A DNA stretch of 64,000 nt from Octopus vulgaris (Eukaryota): assembly GCA_951406725.2 (NCBI GenBank), contig OX597836.1, positions 8,990,001-9,054,000 of the forward strand. The letters run 5' to 3'. The notes below the pieces were generated by a model that was not told where the DNA came from, made no database searches, and worked only from the letters and a program-made list of their open reading frames with translations. The translations under genes were made by a program, and so were the position numbers. This document shows, piece by piece, positions 10,790-23,194 of the stretch; positions within the stretch are counted from its first letter, which is position 1; each line of letters starts with the position of its first letter.

Positions 10790-13041
10790 AATTTTGATTT
10801 TTTTAGTATATGTGTAACCCTTGTTATAACAGATGTCTTGTAACGATGGATATATACACCTGGATTCATATTATACTCTTTTCTTAATAAACCCGTTTCA
10901 ATTTTAGATACTTGCGTTTAAAATATCTCCTGAATAATTCTTGCCTATTACACGTGTCCACCTGTCTGAGGACTTTGCGACATGTCCGGCCTAACAAAAC
11001 TTCTACTTTCAGTTTTCTCATTTGCAACAAATATTACTATTTTTCTAAATTTCATCAACGTAATCGCAATTTAACCCACTGAAAATTTGTCTTAAGAAAA
11101 TTTCATTAAAAAAATATAATAAATAAATAAATGCGTCCTTTTCAAGCCTAGCCAGGCTCATGGGCCCGGTTTCCCTGTTTCAATGGCGTATGTGTTCCCC
11201 AGCTGGATGGGACGCCAGTCCATCGCAGTCCACTCACAAGGCTTTGGTTGATCTAGAAGACACTTTCCCAAAGTGACACATAGTGGGAGTGAACTCGGAA
11301 CCGTTTGGTTCTTCCAAGTATTTTTGTGTCTTTTTATTCTCTAATCCCAATATGGTTATTTCGTAATAATTTTCTAATCATGTCAAGCCCTTGCTTACTT
11401 AAGCCTAAGTGGCCAAGACACCCAGGTTTCCATTGCCTCGAGTGGTTTTCTAAATTCTCCTATCTAAGCTCTTCAATTCACTTGTCTTCTGATTCATTAT
11501 ACTAAAGCTGAAACCTATTTCCGCAGTCACTGGTGTATTTATACCCATTATCTAATTCTTGGCATTGAATTCAGCATTTAAAATTAGTCTCACTCATATC
11601 TAGTACACTTTTCTACATTTTTTTTCTCTTACGTTTCATAGTATTGTGCCTTATCAGTACCGTCTGCGCCGAAGCACTTACATAGGCGGGTTCTCTCCAA
11701 ATTTCTCTGGTTTCATTTTCTATGAATGTTATTTAGTATTATTCATAGACTAACTTTAGCACGCCTGTCTAATCCCGTACTTATTTTGCTATCATCTCAG
11801 TATCCACGTACAACTTCTTAGTAGGTTCTTCAGCTGAGGATTTTCTTTTGCAATAATACGGTTTGAAAATATTCACATAATGTTTATAATTATTTGTTCA
11901 TATAATTTTTAGCATTTTTTTAAAAATTGACAGCGGTGGAGAAAAAGGTAGTGGCAACGATAATAGGTGTCGTTGCTATTAAGGTGGCGAGTTTACAGAA
12001 TCGATAGCACGTCGGGCAAAACGTTTAGCAGCATTTCTTCCGACTTTACATTCTGGGTTCAAATTCCACCGGGGTCAAATTTGCCTTTCATCCTTTCGGG
12101 ACAGAAACATGTGTCCACGACTGTCCTCTTATCTCCAGACAATAAGCCAGTCTTTTGCCTTAAATACATATCAGCTTCGAAGAATTTTTGATTCTTAGGA
12201 TTATCTCCCCTTCTCATACGGAGCTGGTCTCAGTTGCATTTTGGTCATTATGACATATCTTTCAGAAACGGAGATCTTTTATATAAAATCCGTTCTGTCT
12301 GTCTGTCTGTCTGTCTTCAAGGATCTCGGGCATCCTCCATCCGATGCGCTCAAATTTGATGTGTAGATACCGACGGTCTCAGGGCATGTATAAGTCTTGA
12401 AAAAATTACAAAAATCGATTCCAGGTGAGAATGCGATCGATAAAGCCGTGGGAAATCATAGTGAGGTTATAGGGCCTTACTTCGGTTGAGAGTAAACATG
12501 ATAAATTTTGTCCTATTGTAATATATTTTGTCCTATTGTAATATTGTTATAAAGATAGACTAAAATGTCTATCTTTATTTCTTCTTTTGCTGGTGTCTCA
12601 AATTTAAGTTAAATCAGTGTTTCTCAAAGGGGAGGCCTATGGGACGGTCGGACAAGTTGTTTTGAGAAAATTTGGTTTAAATGTTCGATAACTCAGTACC
12701 GTCCATTGGACGGGGGGGGGGCTTTTCCTCGTAATTATATAAATCAAGAATTGTGTGTGTGTGTGTACAGACATATTTGTGTGCATATGTTAGTATTGTT
12801 AAAAACACGAAGCTTATTGACCGGCCGTTTGAAGTTTGTCGTTTAACTTTAGGTTAGTCCTTGATCAAGTAAGCCTCTAATAAAATGTATTCCAGCTGTG
12901 GCCCTCTTCACTTTGATCTAGACTCAGCGAATCTTAGACCGGATTATCTAAAATATTTCTCTTATTAAAGTTAGTTTCCAGTTTCCAATAAATGTTTGGT
13001 ACTTGTTCTTGCTAAGAAAATTCTTGGTTACAGCAATTAAA

Positions 13042-13162
<121 letters not shown>

Positions 13163-13287
13163 CACACACTCAGCTGCTACAAACATTGGCTGAATAAAAG
13201 ATTGAGTATATGTGTTACGTTGAATAAATATTCACAAACACACATACATATATATATATATACATATATAGGAGTGACTGTGTAGTA

Positions 13288-13631
13288 GGCGCAGGAGTGT
13301 CTGTGTGGTAATTAGCTTGCTTACGAAACACCTGGTTCCGGGTTCAGTCCCACCTTGGGCAAGTATCTTCTACTATAGCCACGGGCCGACCGAAGCCTTG
13401 TGAGTGGATTTGGTAGACGGAAACTGAAAGAAGTCCGTCGTATATATATAATGTTTGTGTATCTGCGTCTGTGACGACTGATGTTGGTGTGCTTATGTCC
13501 CCGTAACTTAGCGGTTCAGCAAAAAATTCTGATGGAATAAGTACTAGGCTTACAATGAATGTCTTGGGGTCGATTTGTTCAACTAAAGGCGGTGCTCCAG
13601 CATGGCCGTAGTCATGCTGAACTGAAACAAA
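13288..13631 (+). mobile_element. SINE family A
   Basis: Homology to 41703-42083; B-box-like gggttcagtccc. Confidence 0.9.
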
Positions 13632-13812
13632 GATATATATAAGAACTGACAAGAAATCAGGAAAGACGTAATTACTTTCATTAATTCACAGCTGTTTCTG
13701 CTACACAAAGCAGTGTTCTCGAAACTGTATGCTTATGCAACATTCTATGGCTTCCTCGGAGCCATTATGTTTATATTGGAGACAGCGATACATTAATGCT
13801 ACACACACTCCT

Positions 13813-13909
<97 letters not shown>

Positions 13910-14284
13910 TACATCACTTAATACGTTTGAGTAGATTAACATTTTCCCTTTGTTTACTAGGGAACTGTTGACAGTTACTCATAACGTTCAGCCATGTAGT
14001 CTTCAGGCGACAGTCCACTGAGGGCTCTAACTAAAACTTCAAAGTAAGCGTCAACCTGTGGATCTGAGGAAGCTTTAAGATGTTGCACGAGCACGTAGCT
14101 CTGATTGCACTGCTTATTACGGCAGAAACAGTTGTAAGTTAATGCGGGTCATTACGTAACTCCTGTTCTTTTGTCATTCATCAAATAATATTACGCTTTG
14201 CACTCCCCTGACGCTTTACTCTAAAGTATAAGTATATTGACTTCTGACAACTGGTTATTAGTAACGGTATTCTTAAGCAGAATC

Positions 14285-14330
<46 letters not shown>

Positions 14331-14505
14331 GTACTAAAAGGAATTTCTCGCTGTATTATATACATATATATATAAATAGGTTTAAGAGAAAGAACCACCT
14401 TCAAGCAACTCAAACAACATTGAACGACATTATCTATGATAGAGATATATACGATTAAATTTTTTCAAATTAATATCTACAATTACTATTCTGAATATAT
14501 ATTAA

Positions 14506-14626
14506 ATTATATAGACTACGCGCGTTTCATGACAATATCTGTCGGTATTGCTGAAATAGAATGTCTCGAAATTCAATACCATATAAATCCGACTATACTG
14601 CCAATCTTCAGGTCTGGATTATATAA
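14506..14626 (-). ncRNA. Type I hammerhead ribozyme motif with intact core
   Basis: Minus strand reads AGAC-CUGAAGA-U-UGGCAGUAU-AGUCGG...CCGAC-AG-AUAUUGUCA-U-GAAAC-GCGC-GUA-GUCU. This gives stem I AGAC/GUCU, a long stem II, palindromic stem III ACGCGCGU and a GUA cleavage triplet. Confidence 0.8.
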
Positions 14627-14741
14627 AACTATTTTACTTTACATATAAAGGCATGACAATCAAAATTATACAACTAGAAGCCGTCGAAATAATTTTTCAT
14701 TACTAAATGAGGAACCTATATATATATATATATATATATAT

Positions 14742-14947
14742 AGTTTCAGTCATTTGAGTGCGTCCATAGTGGAGCACCGCCGTAAAGAGTTATAGTCGGA
14801 CAAATCAACCCCAGGACTCATTCTTTGTAAGCCTAGTACTTATTCTAACCGTTGCTTTTGCCGAACCACTAAGTTAAAGGGATGTAAGCACACCAACACC
14901 GGCTGTCAAGCGGTAGTGGGGACACGGACACAAATACATACACACAC

Positions 14948-15001
<54 letters not shown>

Positions 15002-15154
15002 GGGCTTCTTTCAGTTTCCGTCAGCCAAATCCACCCAAAAGCATTTTTCAGCCTATGACTATAGTAAAAGATACTTGGCCGTGGTGACACGTGGAAGTGA
15101 ACGCGGAACCATTTGAAGGGAAGCAAGCCTCTTACCATACAGCCGTATCTGCGC
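14742..15154 (-). mobile_element. SINE family A
   Basis: Homology to 41703-42083. Confidence 0.85.
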
Positions 15155-15576
15155 ATATATTTACCATTGCTCTTATGTTAAACTGTCGTATGTCCAAATT
15201 TGGCCAAATGCGGTTTTTTTTAGTATTTATTTTTGTTTGCAACAACTGGTTCTTTTGGTCAAACTATCCTATCTCCAGCAGCTTCAGATGCCAAGTTTAA
15301 TAATAAACCGTTGTATTACACTTTGACAATTTTCATAAGTGTAGTAAATCTCATATTCGACAGTTTTGCAAAAATATTTCAAACTTGAAAATATCCTACA
15401 AGCAATGGAGTTGGGATTTTATGCACCCAACAAAGTATTATTGTTAAGCTGAAACTGTGGCTAATGTAAAAAGAAATGAAATGATGAAACTATTTTTTCG
15501 TTTTCTGAAAAAGCAACATTTTGGGCTTAAGACACTTTTGCATAATAGCAACGATATATATATATATATATATATA

Positions 15577-16150
15577 GGCGCGGGCGTGGCTGTGTGGTAA
15601 GAAGCTTGCTTCCCAACCACATGGTTCCGAGGCACTTTGGGCAAGAGTCTTCTACTATAGCCTCGGTCCGACCAATGCCTTGTGAGTGAATTTGGATAAC
15701 GGAAAGTAAAAGAAGCCCATCGTATACATATATATATATATATATAAAGCTCATTAGCCACTAAACCTTTATTTTCTATCTCTGTTTATTTCTGTGTTCC
15801 TTTCTGTGGAAGAGCGTAGGCTCGAAACGTAAAAGACTTCCTTATTTCCCGAGCGTTGAACTAATACATCTGTTTGTTGTTTACACTCCCATCTTCATCT
15901 TTTGTTGGGGTTTTTTTCGTAAATTCTCACTATATATATGTATGTATGTGTGTGTTTGTGTTTGTCCCCCACCATTACTTGAAAACCGAAGTCTGTGTTT
16001 ACGTCACCGTAAGCTAGCGGTTCGGCAAAGGAGACCGATAGAATAAGTACTAGGCTTACAAAGAACGAGTCCTGGAGTCGATTCATTCGACTAAAGGCGG
16101 TGCTCCAGCATGACTGCAGTCAAATGAGCGAAACTAATAAAAGAATAAAG
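15577..16150 (+). mobile_element. SINE family A interrupted by a ~185-bp hammerhead-bearing insert in its (TA)n
   Basis: SINE 5' half 15577-15723, insert about 15748-15930, SINE 3' half about 15945-16150. Confidence 0.85.
15800..15835 (+). ncRNA. Minimal type I hammerhead-like motif, one core substitution
   Basis: CUUU-CUGUGGA-A-GAGC-GUAG-GCUC-GAAAC-GUA-AAAG. Stems I and II are perfect and stem III is the ACGU palindrome; the CUGANGA box has an A-to-U change. Confidence 0.6.
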
Positions 16151-16564
16151 AGCATCATAATCCCATCTAACGACGCCGCAGACGTTTTATTGTCTTTGTT
16201 AGGTAAGACGCACCCACGAAGCATGTCTCCTTGTCTGACCCGTTAACTAATTGCATGGTATTACATGTGCGCAGTCGCCTGTTATGAAGTCGGTCGGGCC
16301 ACGTTCCACTCGGTCGACTGCGATTTGCTTCGTTGAGTTTGTATGACGTCACTGATTCTTTTCAATGACGTCATTTCGCTTCACTTCACTTCCATGCAAT
16401 TTTGCTAAATGTTACTTAATACTCTAGCGGAATGGAATTGCGGCGGCGGCGGCGCTGCTGCTGCTGCTGCTAGTAGTTGTCATGATTTTGGTGGTGGTGG
16501 TGGTGTGGAGGGGCGGGATGGCAGCGACACAAGTGGTGGCGGCACCATATACTAATAATAGTAA

Positions 16565-17186
16565 TCCTTTCTACTAAAGACACAGGGCCTGAAATCTGCG
16601 GGGAGGGGACTGGGCAATCACATCGACTCCAGTGCGTAACTGGTACTTAACTTATCGACCCCGAAAGAATGTAAGGCAAAGTCGACCTCGGCGGAATTTG
16701 ACCTCAGAACGTAGCGGCAGGCGAAATGCCGCTAAGCATTTCGTCCAGCGTTTTAAGGATCTTGCCAGCTCACCGCCTTAATAATAATAATCCTTTCTAC
16801 TGGAGCCACAAGGCCTCCTATTTGTGGGGTGGGGACTAGTCATTTATATCGACCCCAGTATTTTACTGGTACTTTATCCACCCCGAAAGGATAAGAGGCA
16901 AAGTCGACCTCGGCGGAATTTGAACTTAGAACGTAGTGACGGGCGAAATACCTATTTCTTTACTACCTACAAGGGGCTAAACACAGAGGGGACAAACAAG
17001 GATAGACAAATGGATTAAGTCGATTGTATCGACCCCAGTGCGTAACTGGTACTTATTTAATCGACCCCGAAAGGATCAAAGGCAAAGTCGACCTCGGCGG
17101 AATTTGAACTCAGAACGTAACGGCAGACGAAATACCGCTAAGTATTTCGTCCAGCGTGCTGACGATTCTGCCAGCTTGCTGCCTTT
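16565..17186 (-). mobile_element. Cluster of three SINE family B units
   Basis: Repeated ggcaaagtcgacctcggcggaatttgaactcagaacg core. Confidence 0.9.
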
Positions 17187-18182
17187 AAGTAGTAATAATA
17201 ATAATGACTGAATCCTTAGTTGCTACAGCAGTAGTTCTTTAACCCTAGGTCACCCTTTTTGAAGTAGATCTATTATAAAAGGCGTTTTTGCCATGATCAT
17301 ACCGTCATTTCATTTCATTTTTATTTTTAGCAATAGTGTATTTGAGAAAATGTGGCTACTATTTATGGCAGGACGAGCGACACGATTAAGCAGTATAATG
17401 TTGTGATGAAAATTAAAAGAGTACCGTACTGGGATTTGAACTCGTTAAGGAGATTTGTAAAACTAATATTTTGTAAATTCCTAGTAGCAAAACCAGAAGT
17501 TATAAAAAGGTGAAACGTAATCCTCTGAAATGACTGCCCAGTATTAAACTGGTATTTTAGAAAGGAGAGCTGTCCTCGGCGAGTTTGCACCTGAAAATAT
17601 GCGGACAGGTATTGAGGGTGAGAAAAGGTGGAGACACACAGGGGTGTGGGGCGGTCAGGCTGGCATGCATAGGCAGGTAGACGAGCTTAGGCAGACGGGC
17701 CTGCATTAACGATTAACAGGTAGACAGGTATAAACAGGCGGTGGTGTGTTGGGGGAAGCTACGTACAAGCTGGAGGCGCATAAACAAAGGGGGGGACAGG
17801 TTACGCACAAGCGAGTTGGGTGGAGAGACACGGGAGGAAAGGCAGACAGGCATATGCAGACAGGAATACACGGGCAGGCAGGTTGGCTACACACAGGTGA
17901 CGAGCAGACTGAACACACAGGCGAACAGGCGGGGACACACAGACACAGACGAACAGGCACGCGCGCGCACACACCCCTGGCGGGCTTGGAACACACTCGC
18001 TCAGACATGCACGCAGACGGGTTGGCACAACGTGAGACATAAGGTATTCGCTATTCACTCGTCATACGCCCCACTAACCCACAATTTCAACCACCACCTC
18101 TCACACCGTCCTTGAAATATTTATGGTTCTACAACAACAAAACAAAAAAGCGTTTTCTATTTTCGATGTTCTTTTCTTTCCG

Positions 18183-18243
<61 letters not shown>

Positions 18244-19081
18244 TTCGTTGTCGTCCTCAAAGCAAAATAAGGCGAAGAAACCGGTCAGCTGAAATAGGTT
18301 TCTTGGTCAGTCCTGATGAATAAAAGATCTTCATGGCTTAAAGAACAGAAATAAAACTTTCATTGAAAATTGTTTAATGAGATTCTCGTCGTCTCAGTTG
18401 ATGTGAATTTTAAATGAGGTTCGGTAGAGCGCCGAATAAAGTGCCTCGTAACGTTACGCCATTTCACATTCTTGTGTTCAATTCCCATTGGGCTGTGGCA
18501 TTTAATCATTCCGAGGTCCTCGATCGGTAGATGGCGTTGCTATTTAGCCCTAGGTCAGTCCTGATTGAGAAGACTTTGAACCAATTTTCACACAGACACA
18601 ACTATTAAATCAGGCCCTAAAACAATGTTTCTCACACCATTTTTTACCTATGGATCCCTTTGATACTAATTTTACTTGGATGGACTTACACAGCCATTCG
18701 ATGTTTAAGAAACCCCTTTATATTTTTATAATTGAGTATAAATTAGGAATTGTATAAAAGTACAATGATAAATTTATTGCCCTTAAACTTTAACAACAAA
18801 ATCTTATACGGACCTCCAAAGGTGATATGAACCCCGCAAGGTGGTCTGGACCCCGCTTGAGAACCGCTGATCTAGGATAGCATTATGTAATGTCTTTTCC
18901 AGTTTCGTTATCATTTAGAACACTGGGAACCCAGAACCATATGGTTGGTAAGCAAGCTAATTACCACACAGTCACTCCAATTGGTTAAGATAAATAATTA
19001 AACAGGACTTCACTGATACGTAAAATCCATGAAATTCGTTTCATTGGGTTTAATACAAATGTATAATTCCGGTTTAGGATA

Positions 19082-19561
19082 TATTCTTTTATTCTTGTAC
19101 TTGCCTCAGCCATTAGACTACGGCCATGCTTGAGCACCGCCTTGAAGAGTTTTAGTCGAACAAATCGACCTCAAGGCTTACTTTTTAAACCTACTACTTA
19201 TTCTATCGGTGTCTTTTGCTGAACCGCTATGTTACGGGGATGTAAACACACCAACACCGGTTGTCAAGAAGTGATGGGGGAGGGGGACAAACATAGACAC
19301 AAGGACACACAAACGATATGTATATGATAGGTTGTATGTCTCCACAGTCGTGTTTTTATTCCCAACTTTGACCCTCTATAAATCCCAAATTTTATTCAAT
19401 GATCAAAATGAGTAGATAGACAGCCGACAACTGATGAAGGGTCGTTCTTTGTGTTACTTGTCTTGTTTTCCATTTGTTTCTCTCGTTGTTTGCGCATTGA
19501 ACTCATTTGTTTTCGTATTTCATATTGTTTACTGTTGGTGACGTTCTGTACCCATATATAC

Positions 19562-19599
<38 letters not shown>

Positions 19600-19690
19600 G
19601 ACGAGCTTCTTTCAGTTTCCGTCTACCAAATCCACTCACAAGGCGTTAGTTGGCCCGAGGTTATAATAGAAGACACTTGCCCAAGGTACC
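19082..19690 (-). mobile_element. SINE family A interrupted by a ~230-bp insert in its (TA)n
   Basis: SINE halves flank a unique insert at about 19325-19555. Confidence 0.8.
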
Positions 19691-20230
19691 ATATATATAT
19701 ATGTATATATATATATATGTCACTTTGAAAAGTATATATAGTGAGCAGGCAGGCACAGTCATGGCTGTGCAACCTCGTGGATTTGGGTTCAGTCCGACCG
19801 CGAGGCACGTTGAACAGGTGTCTTCTACTACATAGCTCCGGGCTGATCAATGCTTTGTGGGTGAATTTTGTAGACGGAAGCTGTGATAAGTACCAGGCTT
19901 CAAAAGTGACGAGTGGGTTCGATTTCTTTTACTTACACTGTTCAAAGCGGTGCTCCAGCATGGCTGCAGTCCAATGACTGAAACAAGTAAACGGTAAAAG
20001 ATATGCATGTGATGTATTATAAGTGTGTGTATACATTCTTTTACTTGCTTCAGTCATTTGACTGCGGCCATGTTGGAGCACCGCCTTTAATCGAACAATT
20101 CGACCCTAGGACTTATTCTTTGTAAGCCTAGTATTTATTCTATTGGTCTCTTTTGCCGAACCGCTAAATGACGATGACATAAACACACCAACATTGGTTG
20201 TGAAGCGATGGTGGGGAGACAAACACAAAC

Positions 20231-20281
<51 letters not shown>

Positions 20282-20381
20282 TACTACGGGCTTAAAAACA
20301 ATATGTTCTGGGAACGATTTGTTCGACTAAAACCCCTTAAGGTGGCGATCCAGCGTAGCCGCAGTTAAATGGCTGCAACGG

Positions 20382-20434
<53 letters not shown>

Positions 20435-20662
20435 TGATGTGTGTGTGTGTGTATCCGGTCGTGCTTGAACATATTGCAGCCTTAGTTCATGTGAACGGAT
20501 TCCCAACACCTCAACAGGTTATCGGTTCTTCCACGATTTTATGCCGATGTGAAGAAAAGACCTCAAAAATTCCACATAAACAACAATATGGAATCTTTTT
20601 TATTTTCTTTTTACCTCAAGCAACCGCGGTGGCTCTTGCCGTCACCAGCCACAAATAACTAA

Positions 20663-20709
<47 letters not shown>

Positions 20710-20994
20710 ATTGTGTGTATGTTACTGTGTTCTCTAGTCAGATCAAGTATGTTCAAAGTATTATCATCATCATTATTTAATGTGAAACTAGTTGAATTCC
20801 TTTTATATATATATATTTTTTTTTTCTCCCACTTTCCTTTTACTCCTCCTCCTCCAAATATGCAATAACACATTTCTGAATAATAATAATAATAATAACA
20901 ACAACAACATACTATGGACTTTTCTTTGTTATATATTTAAGATCAACATGTGCTTTCTAATGTCGTTCACAGCGCCAACACACACGCGTGCGCG

Positions 20995-21056
<62 letters not shown>

Positions 21057-21211
21057 TGCAGGCGTGGCTATGTGGTAAGAGGCTTGCTTTCCAACCACGT
21101 GGTTGTGGGTTCAGTCCCACTACGTGACAACTAAGGCAAGTGTCGTCTGCTATATCCTCAGGCCGACCAAAGCCTTGTGAGTGGATTTGATTGAAGGAAA
21201 CTGAAAGAGGC

Positions 21212-21242
<31 letters not shown>

Positions 21243-21455
21243 TCTTTTATTCTTTTCAGTCATTTGGCTGCGGCTATGCTGGAGCACCGCCTTTAGTCGA
21301 GGAAATCGACCCCAGGATTTATTCTTTGTAAGCCTAATACTTATTCTATCGGTCTCTTTTGCCGAACCGCTAAGTTACGAGGATGTAAACACACCAGCAT
21401 CGGTTGTCAAGCGAGGTTGGGTGGGGGTGACAGAGACAGACACACACTAACACAT

Positions 21456-21504
<49 letters not shown>

Positions 21505-21901
21505 CATACGCACACGACGAGCTTCTTTCAGTTTATCAACTCCGTGAAGATGAATGGCAAGTCGATCCCGCGGACGTAAAGCTCAGAACGTAGCAGCTGA
21601 CGAAATACCTATTTCTTTACTACCCACAAGGGGTTAAACAGAGAGAAGACAGACAAACGGATTAAGTCGATTATATCGACCCCAGTGCGTAACAGGTACT
21701 TATTTAATCGACCCCGAAAGGATGAAAGGCAAAGTCAACCACGGCGGAATTTGAACTCGTAAGCCTTTTGCCCGGGGCATAAAAATAATAATAATAATAA
21801 TAATAATAATTGTTGTAATAATTTTGTTGTAATTAAACGAAAGTTTTATTAAAATTATATTTTAATTAATATATTAATATATTTTTTTTGTCTCTTTGCA
21901 G

Positions 21902-23194
21902 ATGCGATATCTCACACAGTCTCTGATGTTCAGAGTGATACTCTGTCTAATTCTCATACCAACCATCTTAGCATATCCGAAACCGATCCTCGTGGAGAAA
22001 GCTAACCAGACGATCGTAGTGTTCCATACGGCTCCGTGTCGTCCGCTGTCAAGGGACCAACTCCGAAGCCAGCTGGGAGAGGCCTACGACAAGGGCCGAA
22101 TGGCTGAGGATGAACAAACGGTGAAGCGAAGCATCCAAGCGGCGACTTCGAACCCTCGTCGAGAAGAACAGTTGAATGATGCTGAGATAGATGACGGCTA
22201 CTTAAGTGACCAACCTATGAGCAGAAGACGACGTAACTATGGTGATACGGAATTTGGTAGACAAAAATATGACGACGACGACGACGACTATGAAGAAACT
22301 GAATACGATGAAGATGACAGTTATTTAGGAGACGAAGATGATGATGATGATGATCGTGATTACCATGACGACGATGATGAGACATTTGATGATAATGATG
22401 AAGACGATGATAGTGATGATGATGATGATGAAGGGTTTAAGGATGAAGACGACGATGGCAATTTTAAACGTAATAATAATGGTAGAAAGAAAAATAGGAG
22501 AAAAAATGGATCGAACAAGAATGGGCGTCGTCGCCACCGACGCAGGAATCAAAGGATTAGAAATTTAGGTGGCGGCAAAATTCGTCGAAAAAGCAGACGA
22601 GAACATCTCACGTCTAAAAGGCGACATTTTTATTCACAGATCAATCACAAATTGAAACCTCGCAAAAACAGAAGCAGACTTTCAACCGATGCCCGCAAAA
22701 AGTCCCCCAATCTTAGATCGGGTCTTGTCCGTGGCAAGAGAGACGTCGGCAGATCGAACAAACGAAACCAAACTAGAAAAACTGGTCCTTATATTAAAGT
22801 AACCATTTCAGTGAAACATCGAGGGCGACAGTTGCAGCGTCACAAACGAACCGGTCGTGCCGCTGAAATGTCAGCCAATTGGCAGTGTGAAATGGAGACC
22901 GACTGGAAACGAATGGACGATGGATATTTTCCGCCATATTTACAAACTGGAAAGTGTAAATCGAAGTCTTGCTTCTTCGATTTCTACAGGTGTATTCCCA
23001 AAAGATATACGATAAAAGTTCTCAAAAGAGATCCCTTCCGCTGTAACCCAATCCCCACGTTCGGACAAAACACCACTTACGAAGAAAAATGGATATTTGA
23101 CAAATATCACGTGACTGTTTGTTGCCAATGTGGCAAAGCGAGACTGAGAACGTCGAGACGCCGTCAAAGCAATCGACGGTCGAGACCACGTTGA
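21902..23194 (+). CDS. trk: Trunk/PTTH-family (noggin-related) secreted cystine-knot growth factor precursor, main coding exon (430 aa from ATG 21902)
   Basis: Hydrophobic signal-like segment (FRVILCLILIPTILA). N-terminal motif CRPLSRDQLRSQLGEAYDKGRM matches the Trunk/noggin 'C..L....L...LG..Y/F...M' block. C-terminal WQCEMETDWKRMDDGYFPPYLQTGKCKSKSCFFDFYRCIPKRYTIKVLKR...C...WIFDKYHVTVCCQC follows the Trunk pattern (W.C.....W......YFP.Y.....C....C......C.PK..TIKVL.R....C...W.......V..CC.C). Preceded by a polypyrimidine tract and TTGCAG acceptor (AG at 21900-21901). Confidence 0.9.
   Translation: MRYLTQSLMFRVILCLILIPTILAYPKPILVEKANQTIVVFHTAPCRPLSRDQLRSQLGEAYDKGRMAEDEQTVKRSIQAATSNPRREEQLNDAEIDDGYLSDQPMSRRRRNYGDTEFGRQKYDDDDDDYEETEYDEDDSYLGDEDDDDDDRDYHDDDDETFDDNDEDDDSDDDDDEGFKDEDDDGNFKRNNNGRKKNRRKNGSNKNGRRRHRRRNQRIRNLGGGKIRRKSRREHLTSKRRHFYSQINHKLKPRKNRSRLSTDARKKSPNLRSGLVRGKRDVGRSNKRNQTRKTGPYIKVTISVKHRGRQLQRHKRTGRAAEMSANWQCEMETDWKRMDDGYFPPYLQTGKCKSKSCFFDFYRCIPKRYTIKVLKRDPFRCNPIPTFGQNTTYEEKWIFDKYHVTVCCQCGKARLRTSRRRQSNRRSRPR

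Noticed and set aside
12275-12460. Possible Helitron/Helentron-like fragment with (GTCT)n
   Set aside because: Termini and subterminal hairpin could not be identified.
17600-18030. GC-rich purine-biased block with overlapping ORFs
   Set aside because: Degenerate CAGG/CAGA low-complexity sequence; ORFs on both strands with no recognisable domain.
21896-21901. ORF-track start at TTG 21896
   Set aside because: It is the TTGCAG splice acceptor, not a start codon; the coding exon begins at 21902.
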